Of a stretch of DNA of 64,000 bases, positions 1-10,122 are shown in pieces. A program made the position numbers and the translations under genes. The notes below the pieces were generated by a model that was given only the letters and a program-made list of their open reading frames with translations, ran no database searches and was not told the origin of the DNA. Numbering within the stretch: position 1 is the stretch's first letter; each line of letters starts with the position of its first letter. Source of the DNA: Marinicella sp. (lineage in GTDB: Bacteria; Pseudomonadota; Gammaproteobacteria; Xanthomonadales; Marinicellaceae); the NCBI GenBank assembly GCA_965230295.1, contig OZ246001.1, positions 2,368,001 to 2,432,000 on the forward strand, given 5' to 3'.

Positions 1-2
1 GA

Positions 3-524
3 AGTGGCAATGGTCGAGATTCTTTGTACTTTGCCAGTAAAGGCTGTTCAGTTACATCCATGGACCTGTCTCATGAAGCCATCAGCCAATCAAACAAAAG
101 AGCGGAAGCAGAAGGGTTGAATGGCACCCGTTTTTTCCAAGGAGACTTAACGTCCAAAAAAGACATCAGCAGGACGGTGGATCACGCACGAAAATCGAAT
201 GAAAATCAACCCATTACTTTTTACTCCAGGTTCGTGATGCATTCGCTTGACGACGAACAAGAACAGGCCTTTTTGAAAGTGATGGGCCATTGTGTAAAAG
301 CAGGTGAACACATTTATTTCGAGTTCAGGTCTGCGGAAGATGCCGCATTAGACAAGCATTTTGGTGGTCATTTCAGGCGATATGTAAATACTGAAACCTT
401 CAAAAAAAGATTGAGCGATGAAGGGTTCAAAATTGAATATGAGATCATTGGGCAAGGCATGGCTAAATATAAAGAGGAAGATCCTTTCGTGGCCAGATTC
501 ATCGCCAAAAAACTGGATCCTTAA
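3..524 (+). CDS. Class I SAM-dependent methyltransferase (5'-truncated by window edge)
   Basis: Frame is open to the window start and reads SGNGRDSLYFA (SAM-binding GxGxG motif), followed by acidic MDLS and YSRFVMHS segments. Confidence 0.85.
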   Translation, partial: SGNGRDSLYFASKGCSVTSMDLSHEAISQSNKRAEAEGLNGTRFFQGDLTSKKDISRTVDHARKSNENQPITFYSRFVMHSLDDEQEQAFLKVMGHCVKAGEHIYFEFRSAEDAALDKHFGGHFRRYVNTETFKKRLSDEGFKIEYEIIGQGMAKYKEEDPFVARFIAKKLDP

Positions 525-548
525 ACACACAATACATCAAAGGCAGCC

Positions 549-1691
549 ATGTTTCGGTTTTTCAAATATTTAAAAAATGTCATTGCATTTAATCAGCTGC
601 CCAGAAAAACAAGAACTGTCGTTTTTTATTCAGAAGGAAAAAACTATTGGGTGCATTTACAGGGGCTGGTTAATGAATTGCTGAACACCCATAAAGTCCC
701 TGTTTGCTATGTCAGTTCAAACGACAACGATCCTGGTTTGGCCATGCAACACCCCAATTTTCACAGTTTCCTGATTGATGAGGGATGGATCCGGAATTGG
801 TGGTTTGAAAATTTAGAAGCTGATATGTTGGTGCTGTCTATGCCGGACATTCACCAGTATCAGGTCAAAAGGTCAAAACACCCTGTGCATTATGTTTATG
901 TACAACATTCATTGGTCAGTAAGCACATGGTTTATCGTGAAGGCGCATTTGACCACTATGATTCAATCTTCTGTGCGGCACCACATCATTTCAAGGAAAT
1001 CAGGGCCATAGAGTCCTTGTACAACTTGAAACCCAAAAATTTGTATGAACACGGCTATGCCAGGTTGGATTCAATCCTAAAAAATGCCCAACAGAATAGA
1101 AATAATGAATCCGCACACAGCGCTAAGCCGCATGTACTCATTGCACCTTCTTGGGGCGAAGTTAATGTGGTGGAAGATTATGGCCAACAGATTATTGAGA
1201 CTTTGTTGAATCACAATTACAAAGTCACGTTAAGACCTCACCCTCAAACCATCAAGTTTTCTAAGAATACAATTGATGCGTTGGTCAGTCAATTTTCAAC
1301 AAACCCGGACTTCTCCTTTGAGGGGAATGTTGATGGCGAGGCCTCATTACACATGTCTGATGTCATGATCAGTGATTGGTCTGGGGCAGCACTGGATTAT
1401 GCTTTTGGACTCGGCAAGCCTGTGTTGTTCCTGGATGTGCCCAGAAAAGTCAATAACCCGGAATACGAAAAATTGGGAATCGAGCCGTATGAAGTGATGA
1501 TCCGTGAGAAAATTGGACGTGTGATCAGCGTGGATCAAGTTGATGAGATCCATCACTCAATTGAAGCTTGTTTGGAAAAACATAAAACAGCACCTTATGA
1601 ACATGATATTTTCAACCTCGGAAAATCTGATGAAGTGGGTGCCCGGTTACTGATAGATATATCTGCCAAATTGGAACATGAAGAAGGTTAA
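549..1691 (+). CDS. CDP-glycerol glycerophosphotransferase (TagF/TagB-like, GT-B fold) family protein
   Basis: Motifs GYARLD, VLIAPSW, LRPHP and SDVMISDWSGAALDYAF..KPVLF are typical of this family. Confidence 0.8.
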   Translation: MFRFFKYLKNVIAFNQLPRKTRTVVFYSEGKNYWVHLQGLVNELLNTHKVPVCYVSSNDNDPGLAMQHPNFHSFLIDEGWIRNWWFENLEADMLVLSMPDIHQYQVKRSKHPVHYVYVQHSLVSKHMVYREGAFDHYDSIFCAAPHHFKEIRAIESLYNLKPKNLYEHGYARLDSILKNAQQNRNNESAHSAKPHVLIAPSWGEVNVVEDYGQQIIETLLNHNYKVTLRPHPQTIKFSKNTIDALVSQFSTNPDFSFEGNVDGEASLHMSDVMISDWSGAALDYAFGLGKPVLFLDVPRKVNNPEYEKLGIEPYEVMIREKIGRVISVDQVDEIHHSIEACLEKHKTAPYEHDIFNLGKSDEVGARLLIDISAKLEHEEG

Positions 1692-1694
1692 TCT

Positions 1695-2822
1695 TTGATG
1701 CAAGTTAAACACCTGAACAGCTTTTTTCTATTCTTGTTATTGCTGTTTCCATTGCAGTCAAATGCCAGTATTTCAAATAAAAAAACCGTCAATAGCCAGC
1801 ATGAATTAAAGGCCCAAATAGACAGACAAATCCGCGAGTCCTATGATTTTTTTGGCTTGGCAATTTATTTAAACCAAATTCATTTCTTTTCATACACTGA
1901 TCAACAGCTGATGCCATTGGCCTCAGACGATTCTGTGGTTGAATTGGGTCGTGATTCGAGCCTGTTGGTTGTCGGTAGGTTTAATGTCTTGATCCTGCAA
2001 GCAGATGGTCAAATCATAAACCTTAAAGAAGGTGAGATTAAGTTTGATACATCGGCCAGTCATCCTTTGCAGTACCGTGTCGTTTCAAAACCTGAAGTGG
2101 GCCTAGTCAATGAAGCGTATGAGTCATTGAGGTATCACCAGCTGTATACACCACTGGCGGCGTTATCCAGAGGCTTGGAATGGGTATTGAGGTCACTGGG
2201 TAATCATATGAATTGGGGGTTTGCCATCATTGTCATGGCCGTTTTGATCAAGATTTTACTGATCCCGATCAATGTGCTGACCGTCAGATCACAAAGAAAA
2301 GTCAGTCAGGTTCAAGCAAAATTAATGCCTGAATTGGCCGAAATCAAAGCAAACTTTGATGGAGAAGAAGCCCATAACAAGATAATGGCGGCCCACAAGC
2401 ATCATGGAGTTTCTCCATTTTTCACTTTGAAACCCTTGATGAGCACATTGATACAACTGCCGGTGTTGATTGCCGTCTTCAATGTTTTGGCTGAAATGCC
2501 TGAGTTACGTGGTGCAACATTTTTGTGGATTGGGGATCTGGCATACCCGGATGTGATTGTGCAATTTTCAAGTGGCATCAGTATGTTTGGTGACAAGATC
2601 AGTCTCTTGCCTGTACTCATGACGATCATCGCATTATTGGCCTCATATGCTTACAAGGATCAGCATTTACCTGAGCAAGCGGCCAAGGCCCAAAGGAAAA
2701 AACTGTTGCTGATGGCGATGGCGTTTTTTGTTTTGTTTTACCCCTTTCCGGCATCCATGGTCATGTATTGGGCCATGGCCAATCTACTCCAGTTTATTCA
2801 GCAGAATTTGATGCGCAGTTAA
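1695..2822 (+). CDS. YidC/Oxa1 family membrane protein insertase, non-canonical paralog
   Basis: NWGFAIIVMAVLIKILLIP, helical hairpin KLMPELAEIK, LIQLPVLIAVF, FLWIGDLAYPD and MVMYW..NL.Q..Q match the YidC core. N-terminal signal/TM and a short periplasmic domain. Confidence 0.85.
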   Translation: MMQVKHLNSFFLFLLLLFPLQSNASISNKKTVNSQHELKAQIDRQIRESYDFFGLAIYLNQIHFFSYTDQQLMPLASDDSVVELGRDSSLLVVGRFNVLILQADGQIINLKEGEIKFDTSASHPLQYRVVSKPEVGLVNEAYESLRYHQLYTPLAALSRGLEWVLRSLGNHMNWGFAIIVMAVLIKILLIPINVLTVRSQRKVSQVQAKLMPELAEIKANFDGEEAHNKIMAAHKHHGVSPFFTLKPLMSTLIQLPVLIAVFNVLAEMPELRGATFLWIGDLAYPDVIVQFSSGISMFGDKISLLPVLMTIIALLASYAYKDQHLPEQAAKAQRKKLLLMAMAFFVLFYPFPASMVMYWAMANLLQFIQQNLMRS

Positions 2823-3116
2823 ACACTGAACACACGCCAGTGATATGGTTTCAGGCCATAGATTTAAGGACTGGTGAATCATTTTTGCGCAATGTATTCT
2901 TGCCGATATACATATGACAAGTGATGAATTAGGAGCTATAATGCAGCGTCATTCATCATAGATTAGAAACCATAAAATCCAAAGCTTTCAGGAAAAACAT
3001 GTGGTCATTGAGCCGTCAAATTCTGGAGGACTGGTTTGATCACATATAAACAAATGCAGGATTTTAATAGACCATGATGACAGCCTGTCTGTTAATCACC
3101 AATTATCTCGAGCTTT

Positions 3117-3899
3117 ATGGAATTTTTCAAAGACATCTTAACTGGCTATAAGCGCAAAAGATTGTGGAAGAAGCTGGCCGTATTGGAATTGAAGAGTAGA
3201 TTCCAAGGTGCTTTTATCGGTACATTCTGGATTGTCTTGACCTTGATGATTAAAGTGGGCATGTTGTCACTTATCTACTCGATGGTACTGGAAAAAGACA
3301 TCAAAGATTATGTGTTGTTTTTGGCTTTGGGGCTGTTGACCTGGAATTTCATTTCTGCGGTGATCGTAACCAGCGGAAATATTTTCAGAAAAGCCGCCAA
3401 TTTTCTACAACAAATGGACTTGCCACATTCCATTTTTGTTTATCAAAACATTTATCGAGAAATTGTGTCGCTACTGATGTATCAGCTTTTTGCCATTCCC
3501 CTGGTCATCATCATCAAAGGTTGGGATTTTGTTGGTTTGATTTGGTTGTGGTCATTCCTGGGTTACTTGATCATCATTTTAAATGCATTTTTTGTCAGTA
3601 TGTGGCTGGGTTGGTTATCTGTTCGATTCAGAGATGTTCAGTCTTTATTAACCAGTTTGGTCATGATCATTTTCTTAGTAACCCCGATCCTGTGGCCGCC
3701 ACCTGAGCAATTTGCCGGTAGTTTGTATTTCCAACTCAATCCATTTTATCATTTGCTTGAATTAATCAGGTCGCCAATACTGCAAGGTGTTGTACCCGTT
3801 ACATCCTGGTATGTCAGTTTAGGGTTGTTGTCTTTCAATGTGTTAATTTGCGTGATGTTTTATCGCAGAGTCAAACACCGTTTGGTCTTGTGGTTGTAA
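3117..3899 (+). CDS. wzm: Polysaccharide ABC exporter permease (Wzm-like)
   Basis: ELKSRFQGAFIGTFW, RFRDV, TPILW and NPFYHLLELIRSP; six hydrophobic segments. Confidence 0.88.
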   Translation: MEFFKDILTGYKRKRLWKKLAVLELKSRFQGAFIGTFWIVLTLMIKVGMLSLIYSMVLEKDIKDYVLFLALGLLTWNFISAVIVTSGNIFRKAANFLQQMDLPHSIFVYQNIYREIVSLLMYQLFAIPLVIIIKGWDFVGLIWLWSFLGYLIIILNAFFVSMWLGWLSVRFRDVQSLLTSLVMIIFLVTPILWPPPEQFAGSLYFQLNPFYHLLELIRSPILQGVVPVTSWYVSLGLLSFNVLICVMFYRRVKHRLVLWL

Positions 3900-3901
3900 T
3901 C

Positions 3902-4612
3902 ATGACGAGCATATCTTTAGAAAACATCACTTTTTCTTATAAATACTTTCCATCCATCAGCGGTGGACTACTGAAAAGCAATTCAGGCCTCAAAAGCCAG
4001 ACTGCTTTGTCAGATGTTAACCTACAAATTAACCATGGTGATCGGGTTGCCCTGTTGGGAACCAATGGTGCTGGTAAATCCACCTTGTTGAAAATAATCG
4101 CTGGCATTTACAAACCCGAAAAGGGTGAAGTAAAAACTGAAGGTCGGGTCTATACATTTCTGGGTAGGAATGTGGGTGTGATGCCCCAGCTTTCAGGGTA
4201 TGACAACCTCACTGTTAGGGGGTTGTTGCTTGATTTGCCTGATGATGTGATCGAAGAGAAAATTAAAAGCATTGTCGAGTTTACAGAGTTGGGTGATGGC
4301 ATTCATCGACCGGTTTCTACCTATTCAATGGGCATGCGGGCACGTTTGACTTTTGGTATGTTGATGTTTATTGATGCAGACATTCTGTTGATTGATGAAG
4401 GATTGGGTGCTGGAGATCAGTTTTTCCTGGAAAAGGCCCGTAGATTTATCAATGAATTGTTGGACAATTCAAAAATATTAATTTTTGCCAACCACTCTAA
4501 CCAATTGTTAAAGCAATTTTGTAACAAAGCATTGCTGGTTAATGAAGGACATATTTTGTCTTATGGTGCATTTGATGAAGTCTTGCATCAGTATAACCAT
4601 TTGAAAAAATAG
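3902..4612 (+). CDS. wzt: Polysaccharide ABC exporter ATPase (Wzt-like, no C-terminal CBM)
   Basis: Walker A GTNGAGKST, signature YSMGMRARL, Walker B ILLIDE. ATG at 3902 follows the wzm stop; 236 aa. Confidence 0.88.
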   Translation: MTSISLENITFSYKYFPSISGGLLKSNSGLKSQTALSDVNLQINHGDRVALLGTNGAGKSTLLKIIAGIYKPEKGEVKTEGRVYTFLGRNVGVMPQLSGYDNLTVRGLLLDLPDDVIEEKIKSIVEFTELGDGIHRPVSTYSMGMRARLTFGMLMFIDADILLIDEGLGAGDQFFLEKARRFINELLDNSKILIFANHSNQLLKQFCNKALLVNEGHILSYGAFDEVLHQYNHLKK

Positions 4613-4748
4613 AGTTTCTAGAGGTGCAACCATCATGTCTTGAACCAATCACGACGTTTTTGATAGAAGGTTTGGTAGCAAGATATTTTTGCCATTTAAA
4701 TTTTGGAGGTTACAATGTGTTTTCCTCGGTCAGATATAGGATTGAAAC

Positions 4749-5597
4749 GTGATTAATATAGTATCAGCTGTTAAAGATATGGTTCTTTCGGTCAAGAACT
4801 TCTTGGAAATGAACCCTGGAGTCAGAAGCATTTATGTTGGTGGGTATACCGCGTTGGTTAAACTGAAGTTTGGCCGAAGGTTATATGTTGACTCAAGAGA
4901 CATAGGGGTTGGTTCACATATCATGATCACAGGAGTGTGGGAAAAAAACTACACCGAATTGGTGAAAAAGCTGGTTAAAGAAGGCGACACCTTTGTCGAT
5001 GTGGGTGCAAACTTTGGTTACTACAGTGTGCTGGGCGGCCACCTGGTTGGGAATACAGGTCAAGTATTTGCATTTGAACCTAATCCGAGGCCATTCGAAT
5101 TACTCAGGATGTCAATGAAAGCCAATGGCTTCCTTAAGCCAAACGACTCAAATGTGTTTAAATTTGGTGTCTCTGATGCAGCTGGTGAAGCCTCATTCAA
5201 TTTCAAAGAAGGCGATTTTGGTGGTGGTTCAATGTTCATCCCAGAACAAAGACTGGAGACAGAAGAGTTTGCTACCATTGACATCAAAATTGACTCTTTG
5301 GATCAAATGCTGGATCATGTTGACTCAATCGATTTCATAAAGATCGATGCTGAAGGCAGTGAAGTGAATGTCATCAGAGGGATGAAGGAATTGATTCGAA
5401 GGTCTCCTAAGATAAAAATATTGATGGAGTTTTATCCTAATTTCATCAAGAAACACGTTTCTTTGTCTGAGTTCACTGATGAGCTTGAATCGATGGGTTT
5501 CCATTTCAACAAGGTGATCAATTCAAAATTGATCCCTGTGGCTGCCAGTGAACTACCCAATTTAGAAAACTGCTATTTGCTGTTAAGCAAATCCTGA
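4749..5597 (+). CDS. FkbM family methyltransferase
   Basis: FVDVGANFGYYS, VFAFEPNP, IDFIKIDAEGSE. Confidence 0.9.
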   Translation: MINIVSAVKDMVLSVKNFLEMNPGVRSIYVGGYTALVKLKFGRRLYVDSRDIGVGSHIMITGVWEKNYTELVKKLVKEGDTFVDVGANFGYYSVLGGHLVGNTGQVFAFEPNPRPFELLRMSMKANGFLKPNDSNVFKFGVSDAAGEASFNFKEGDFGGGSMFIPEQRLETEEFATIDIKIDSLDQMLDHVDSIDFIKIDAEGSEVNVIRGMKELIRRSPKIKILMEFYPNFIKKHVSLSEFTDELESMGFHFNKVINSKLIPVAASELPNLENCYLLLSKS

Positions 5598-5700
5598 AGA
5601 TCTGTGGCCATTAAACAGCGCTTGACAGCACTGATTCAAGGACTGGTTGAAAAACCATTAACTTCATCATGATTTTACCACCAAGTATCAGCGAGTAATT

Positions 5701-7677
5701 ATGTCCATTCAATACCGCAAAGACATAGATGGACTGAGGGCTTTGGCCGTTATTCCTGTGGTCTTGTTTCATTCTGGATTTCCTTTCTTTGAAGGTGGTT
5801 ATGTTGGCGTAGATATCTTTTTTGTGATCTCTGGATTCTTGATCACCAGTATTTTGATGAGACAATTGAATCAAGGTGCTTTCTCTATTGCAAACTTCTA
5901 TGAAAGGCGCATCAAAAGAATCTTTCCAGCTTTGTTCACAGTTTTGTTGGTGTCATCCATTGTTGCCATTTGGCTGATGTTGCCTGGTGAGTTTAAGCAG
6001 TTCAAACAAAGTATGGTTTCGGCTTTGTTCTTTTTCTCTAATTATTTCTTCATGTTTGATGTGGGGTATTTTGCCGACCCTGCAGAAACCAAGCCTTTGT
6101 TACACATGTGGTCTTTGGCTGTTGAAGAACAGTTTTATGTGTTGTTTCCTGTCTACTTGTTTTTGGCCTTTAAATATTTCAGGAAATACCTGGGTATAGT
6201 TACCTTACTGTTGTTTTTATTGTCATTTATTTACAGTGTCGTCTTGGTTGAATACCGTCCAGGCGATGCTTTTTATTCAACACCGGTCAGGGCATGGGAG
6301 TTGATGATAGGTTCTCTATTGGCCATCTATCCGAACAGGTCATTATTGGCCCATAAAAATGTAGCCAATGCACTGTCTTTGAGCGGTTTGTTATTGATCA
6401 TATATGCTGTGGTTTTTTTCGATAAGACCACCCCATTTCCAGGCTATATGGCCATGATTCCAGTGATGGGCTCTGCGTTGATTTTGTTTGCAGCTCATCA
6501 TCAGGGTAATTATGTGGGTCGTTTATTATCCACGCCGGTCTTCAGGTTTTTTGGGTTGATTTCCTACTCGTTGTATCTTTGGCACTGGCCTGTGTTGGCT
6601 TTTGCGCGATTGTATTCATTGGGGTCTCATCCTGACGATTTGATGCCCATGTTATTGGTATTGATGATTGTCCTTTCATTCTTGAGTTGGCAATTTGTAG
6701 AAAAACCATTCAGAAGTGGTCAGTTGTTAAATCCCAACAGTAAGGTGTTGCTCAATCGTTACAGCGGGTCTTTGTTGGTCTTGTTTGTGACTTTGACTGC
6801 TTTGGCTTTTTCTGATTACCGACGTGCTGTCAAGCGAGAACACCGTTCGCATAGGGAGGCCAGAGTACTCAGTAAGCCCATGGAATTGAATCAATGTGAT
6901 CATTACAAAGGTTCATCACGTAATCTGAACCTGTGTTTTATTGGAGACGTTAATAACCCTGAAATCAGTTTTGCGATGCTGGGAGATTCTCATGCATTTG
7001 CATTGATGCCTGGGGTGTATGATTCTGCCCAGTCTCATGGGAAGAAAGGCATTTTTATTGGAAGCGGCGGGTGTATCGGCTTATTTGGAGTGACCCGCGA
7101 AAAACAAGGCTTTGAGCATTGTAAATCGAGGATGGATGCATTTGCAGAGTACATCGCTACACAACCTGGTATTAAACAAATCCTCATAGCTTCCAGGTGG
7201 GGGACGTATACCACAGGTAAAAGATATAAAAACACCATCGGTGATTCGTTTTACATCAGCGATGAACAAACCAAGCAAATTTCATTCGAAGAAAATAAAT
7301 TGGTCTTTGAACGGGGCTTTGAGCATACCATTGAATTTTTAAAAGGACTTAATAAAGAAATCACTGTGATCACACAGGTGCCTGAGAGTGAATACAGCAG
7401 CCTCGATATCATCAGGGCCAAGCGATTAAATAGATCGGTTGACTTCCGGCCCAAAGTCACAGAATATATGGCACGTCAAAAAATAGCCACGGATGTGTTT
7501 ATGAAGTATGAAGCCAGTGGCGACATTGACTTGATACCTGTGCATGAAAGCATGTGTGGATTAACACACTGTGTGGTGTTCGATGGTGGCAAATCCATTT
7601 ATATAGACAACAACCACATTTCCAGAACTTATGCCAAGAAATTATCACCCATCTATGATTACTTGTTTGAAGAATGA
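5701..7677 (+). CDS. Acyltransferase-3 + SGNH domain O-acyltransferase (OafA-like)
   Basis: YRKDIDGLRALAV, GVDIFFVISGFLIT, HMWSLAVEEQFY; periplasmic GDSHA and DNNH catalytic motifs. Confidence 0.92.
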   Translation: MSIQYRKDIDGLRALAVIPVVLFHSGFPFFEGGYVGVDIFFVISGFLITSILMRQLNQGAFSIANFYERRIKRIFPALFTVLLVSSIVAIWLMLPGEFKQFKQSMVSALFFFSNYFFMFDVGYFADPAETKPLLHMWSLAVEEQFYVLFPVYLFLAFKYFRKYLGIVTLLLFLLSFIYSVVLVEYRPGDAFYSTPVRAWELMIGSLLAIYPNRSLLAHKNVANALSLSGLLLIIYAVVFFDKTTPFPGYMAMIPVMGSALILFAAHHQGNYVGRLLSTPVFRFFGLISYSLYLWHWPVLAFARLYSLGSHPDDLMPMLLVLMIVLSFLSWQFVEKPFRSGQLLNPNSKVLLNRYSGSLLVLFVTLTALAFSDYRRAVKREHRSHREARVLSKPMELNQCDHYKGSSRNLNLCFIGDVNNPEISFAMLGDSHAFALMPGVYDSAQSHGKKGIFIGSGGCIGLFGVTREKQGFEHCKSRMDAFAEYIATQPGIKQILIASRWGTYTTGKRYKNTIGDSFYISDEQTKQISFEENKLVFERGFEHTIEFLKGLNKEITVITQVPESEYSSLDIIRAKRLNRSVDFRPKVTEYMARQKIATDVFMKYEASGDIDLIPVHESMCGLTHCVVFDGGKSIYIDNNHISRTYAKKLSPIYDYLFEE

Positions 7678-7767
7678 TGATCATTTGATTGATTGATGTG
7701 GTTTTGAAACAACCCAAATTAGCAGCATTCTGATAGAATAACGAGCTTGCTTTGCAAATTAAAAAAT

Positions 7768-8742
7768 ATGTTAAATCTAAAAAAACAATTTTCAATTCCC
7801 AAAAAACAATTGAGTGAATGGTATTCACGCAGTGTTGCAGAAAGGAATGAATTGAATAACCAGTTCATTGATAGCAAGTTAATTGACTGGGAAGAGATGA
7901 AGGACAATACCCCGGTCAGAAAAATCAAACCATTTCATGTCAAAACCAACGTGGTGTTTTTTCATATTCCCAAGACTGCAGGGACCACATTAGATTTTGT
8001 GATCAGCAAAAACTTACCCATTTGGGGTATTTTTAAACAACATGGAGCTGATTTCGATCGAAATGTTGCGGCTTTTTATAAGTCTGGCGATGGGCCCAAA
8101 ACAGTCATGGGCCACAATGAACTGAACGATTATTTTTATCAACTTTTAACCAGAGAGCGATTGATACACATCACCACCATCAGAGAGCCAGTGGCTCGAG
8201 TGGTTTCATATTATGATTTTCTACGGGCACAGCCTGCCCACCCAAGCCATCATTTGGCGGTCAATATGTCATTGGCGGAGTTTGTCCAGTCACCTAAGTC
8301 AGACGAAGTCAATAATGCACAGTCATACAGGTTACTTGGTCTGTTAAAACACAATCAATATAAATCAGAAAAAAGGTCCGAACAAGAATTGATAGAAGCC
8401 AGTATCAAACAACTTTCTGATCGGTTTACCTTGTTTGGCACCACTCGCCAATTCGATGCCTTTCTATTGATGATGTCAAAATTGATGAACTGGCAAGATG
8501 TCTATTATAAAAAACAAAATGTAACCAATAAAAAGTTCAAAACTGATTTGAATGATGTGCCAGAAGAAGTCATACAAATCATTAAAGAATACAACAAAGT
8601 AGATATAGGGCTTTATGATCAGGCAGAGCAATTGTTCGATAAGCGGGCGGCTGAGTTGAACATCACAGATGAAGTGGTTGAAGCTTATCGTGCCAGGAAT
8701 AAAAAATACCAAGCCCTTATCGTCCAAAATCAAAAGTTTTGA
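7768..8742 (+). CDS. Sulfotransferase family 2 protein
   Basis: 5'-PSB FFHIPKTAGTT and 3'-PB IREPVARVVSYY. Confidence 0.85.
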   Translation: MLNLKKQFSIPKKQLSEWYSRSVAERNELNNQFIDSKLIDWEEMKDNTPVRKIKPFHVKTNVVFFHIPKTAGTTLDFVISKNLPIWGIFKQHGADFDRNVAAFYKSGDGPKTVMGHNELNDYFYQLLTRERLIHITTIREPVARVVSYYDFLRAQPAHPSHHLAVNMSLAEFVQSPKSDEVNNAQSYRLLGLLKHNQYKSEKRSEQELIEASIKQLSDRFTLFGTTRQFDAFLLMMSKLMNWQDVYYKKQNVTNKKFKTDLNDVPEEVIQIIKEYNKVDIGLYDQAEQLFDKRAAELNITDEVVEAYRARNKKYQALIVQNQKF

Positions 8743-8826
8743 TGGCGATATGAAAGCCTATATAATTTAATCAATTGAAGCTGGAGTTTAATCAATTCTG
8801 GGTTTATAAAATGGTAAGCATATAAA

Positions 8827-10122
8827 GTGATGAATAAGAAGATGAATATTCTGGTTGATGGATTCAATTTAGGTTTGAAAAAGGGTTCAGGCATCAAAAC
8901 TTATGGCATGACTTTGTTGGATGCTTATGAGCTGCTGGATCATGAAGTTGGAATTTTGTTGGATAACCAATTCCTGACCGGTAAAGATCAATTGTTAGAC
9001 GAGGTCAGTTTGTTCGATCAGGATGAAATCAGACCCAAGGCCATGTTTGATTTTCGCCTGCTCAGCCACATCAAAACCCTCAGTTACTATTTCAGAAAAA
9101 GAAAAGGCAATTATGTAGTGCCTAAAATCACTGAGCCAGATCCGGAAAATTATTTGTCTCATGTGGGCGGTAAGAAATACCACTATATTGAAAATATTGG
9201 AGATGTTTATAACACGGCCAACCGGTTGTTTGCAGTCACCAAAAAAATCACTCAATTAAAGCTCAAGAAACAACCCGATATCTTTCATTTAACCACACCA
9301 TGGCCCTTAACAGTCAAAGGAGCGAAAACTGTGGTCACCATTCATGATTTAATCCCTTTGAAAATACCGTTCACCACTTTAGATTTGAAAGTCCATTTTT
9401 ATGAACTATTTAAATGGGCAGCTACCACAGCTGATCTGATATTGGCTGTATCCGAACATACCAAACAGGACATCATGGAAATTTATGATGTACCTGAAGA
9501 AAAGATCAAAGTGACTTATCAATCTTACAAAGGTGGCAACATTGAGATTAAGAAAGAAGACGCCGCCGTCTATCTGAAATCTAAGCAGTTAGAGGCTGAG
9601 AAGTACATTTTATTCGTTGGTAACATCGAGCCTAAGAAAAACATCAAGCAATTGATCAGGGCGTTTGCATACATCAAAAAAGGTTATAAATTGGCCATAG
9701 TTGGTCATAAAGCTTGGATGTCTGACTCACAATTGGTTGGGCTGAAAAGCTATCTAAAGAAAAAAGAATATGTGATGTTGGACTATGTCACTGAAGAAGA
9801 ATTGGCCATGTTGTATGGTAATGCTTTTTGTATGGTGTTCCCATCATTGTACGAAGGTTTTGGCTTGCCAGTCCTGGAAGCCATGCAAAACAATTGCCCA
9901 GTCATTTGTTCTGATCGATCTTCGTTGCCTGAAGTGGCTGGAGATGCGGCTTTGTATGTTGACCCTTATAAGTTCACAGACATCAGAGATCAGTTAGATA
10001 AACTGATCGCCGATCCTCAATTACGTCAGGAAATGATCGAAAAGGGCAAAGCACGGGTTGAATTTTTCAGTCCAGAAAATTATGCCAGACGATTGCACGA
10101 GGCCTATGAAGGCCTCATCTAA
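8827..10122 (+). CDS. GT4 family glycosyltransferase
   Basis: TIHDLIP, VGNIEPKKN, FPSLYEGFGLPVLEAM (EX7E motif). Confidence 0.92.
   Translation: MMNKKMNILVDGFNLGLKKGSGIKTYGMTLLDAYELLDHEVGILLDNQFLTGKDQLLDEVSLFDQDEIRPKAMFDFRLLSHIKTLSYYFRKRKGNYVVPKITEPDPENYLSHVGGKKYHYIENIGDVYNTANRLFAVTKKITQLKLKKQPDIFHLTTPWPLTVKGAKTVVTIHDLIPLKIPFTTLDLKVHFYELFKWAATTADLILAVSEHTKQDIMEIYDVPEEKIKVTYQSYKGGNIEIKKEDAAVYLKSKQLEAEKYILFVGNIEPKKNIKQLIRAFAYIKKGYKLAIVGHKAWMSDSQLVGLKSYLKKKEYVMLDYVTEEELAMLYGNAFCMVFPSLYEGFGLPVLEAMQNNCPVICSDRSSLPEVAGDAALYVDPYKFTDIRDQLDKLIADPQLRQEMIEKGKARVEFFSPENYARRLHEAYEGLI

Noticed and set aside
1695-2822. Assigning the symbol yidC as the housekeeping gene
   Set aside because: Wrong genomic context and shortened periplasmic domain; treated as a paralog.
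2823-3116. ops/JUMPStart element or small gene before wzm
   Set aside because: No GGCGGTAG motif and no convincing ORF; only a weak hairpin.
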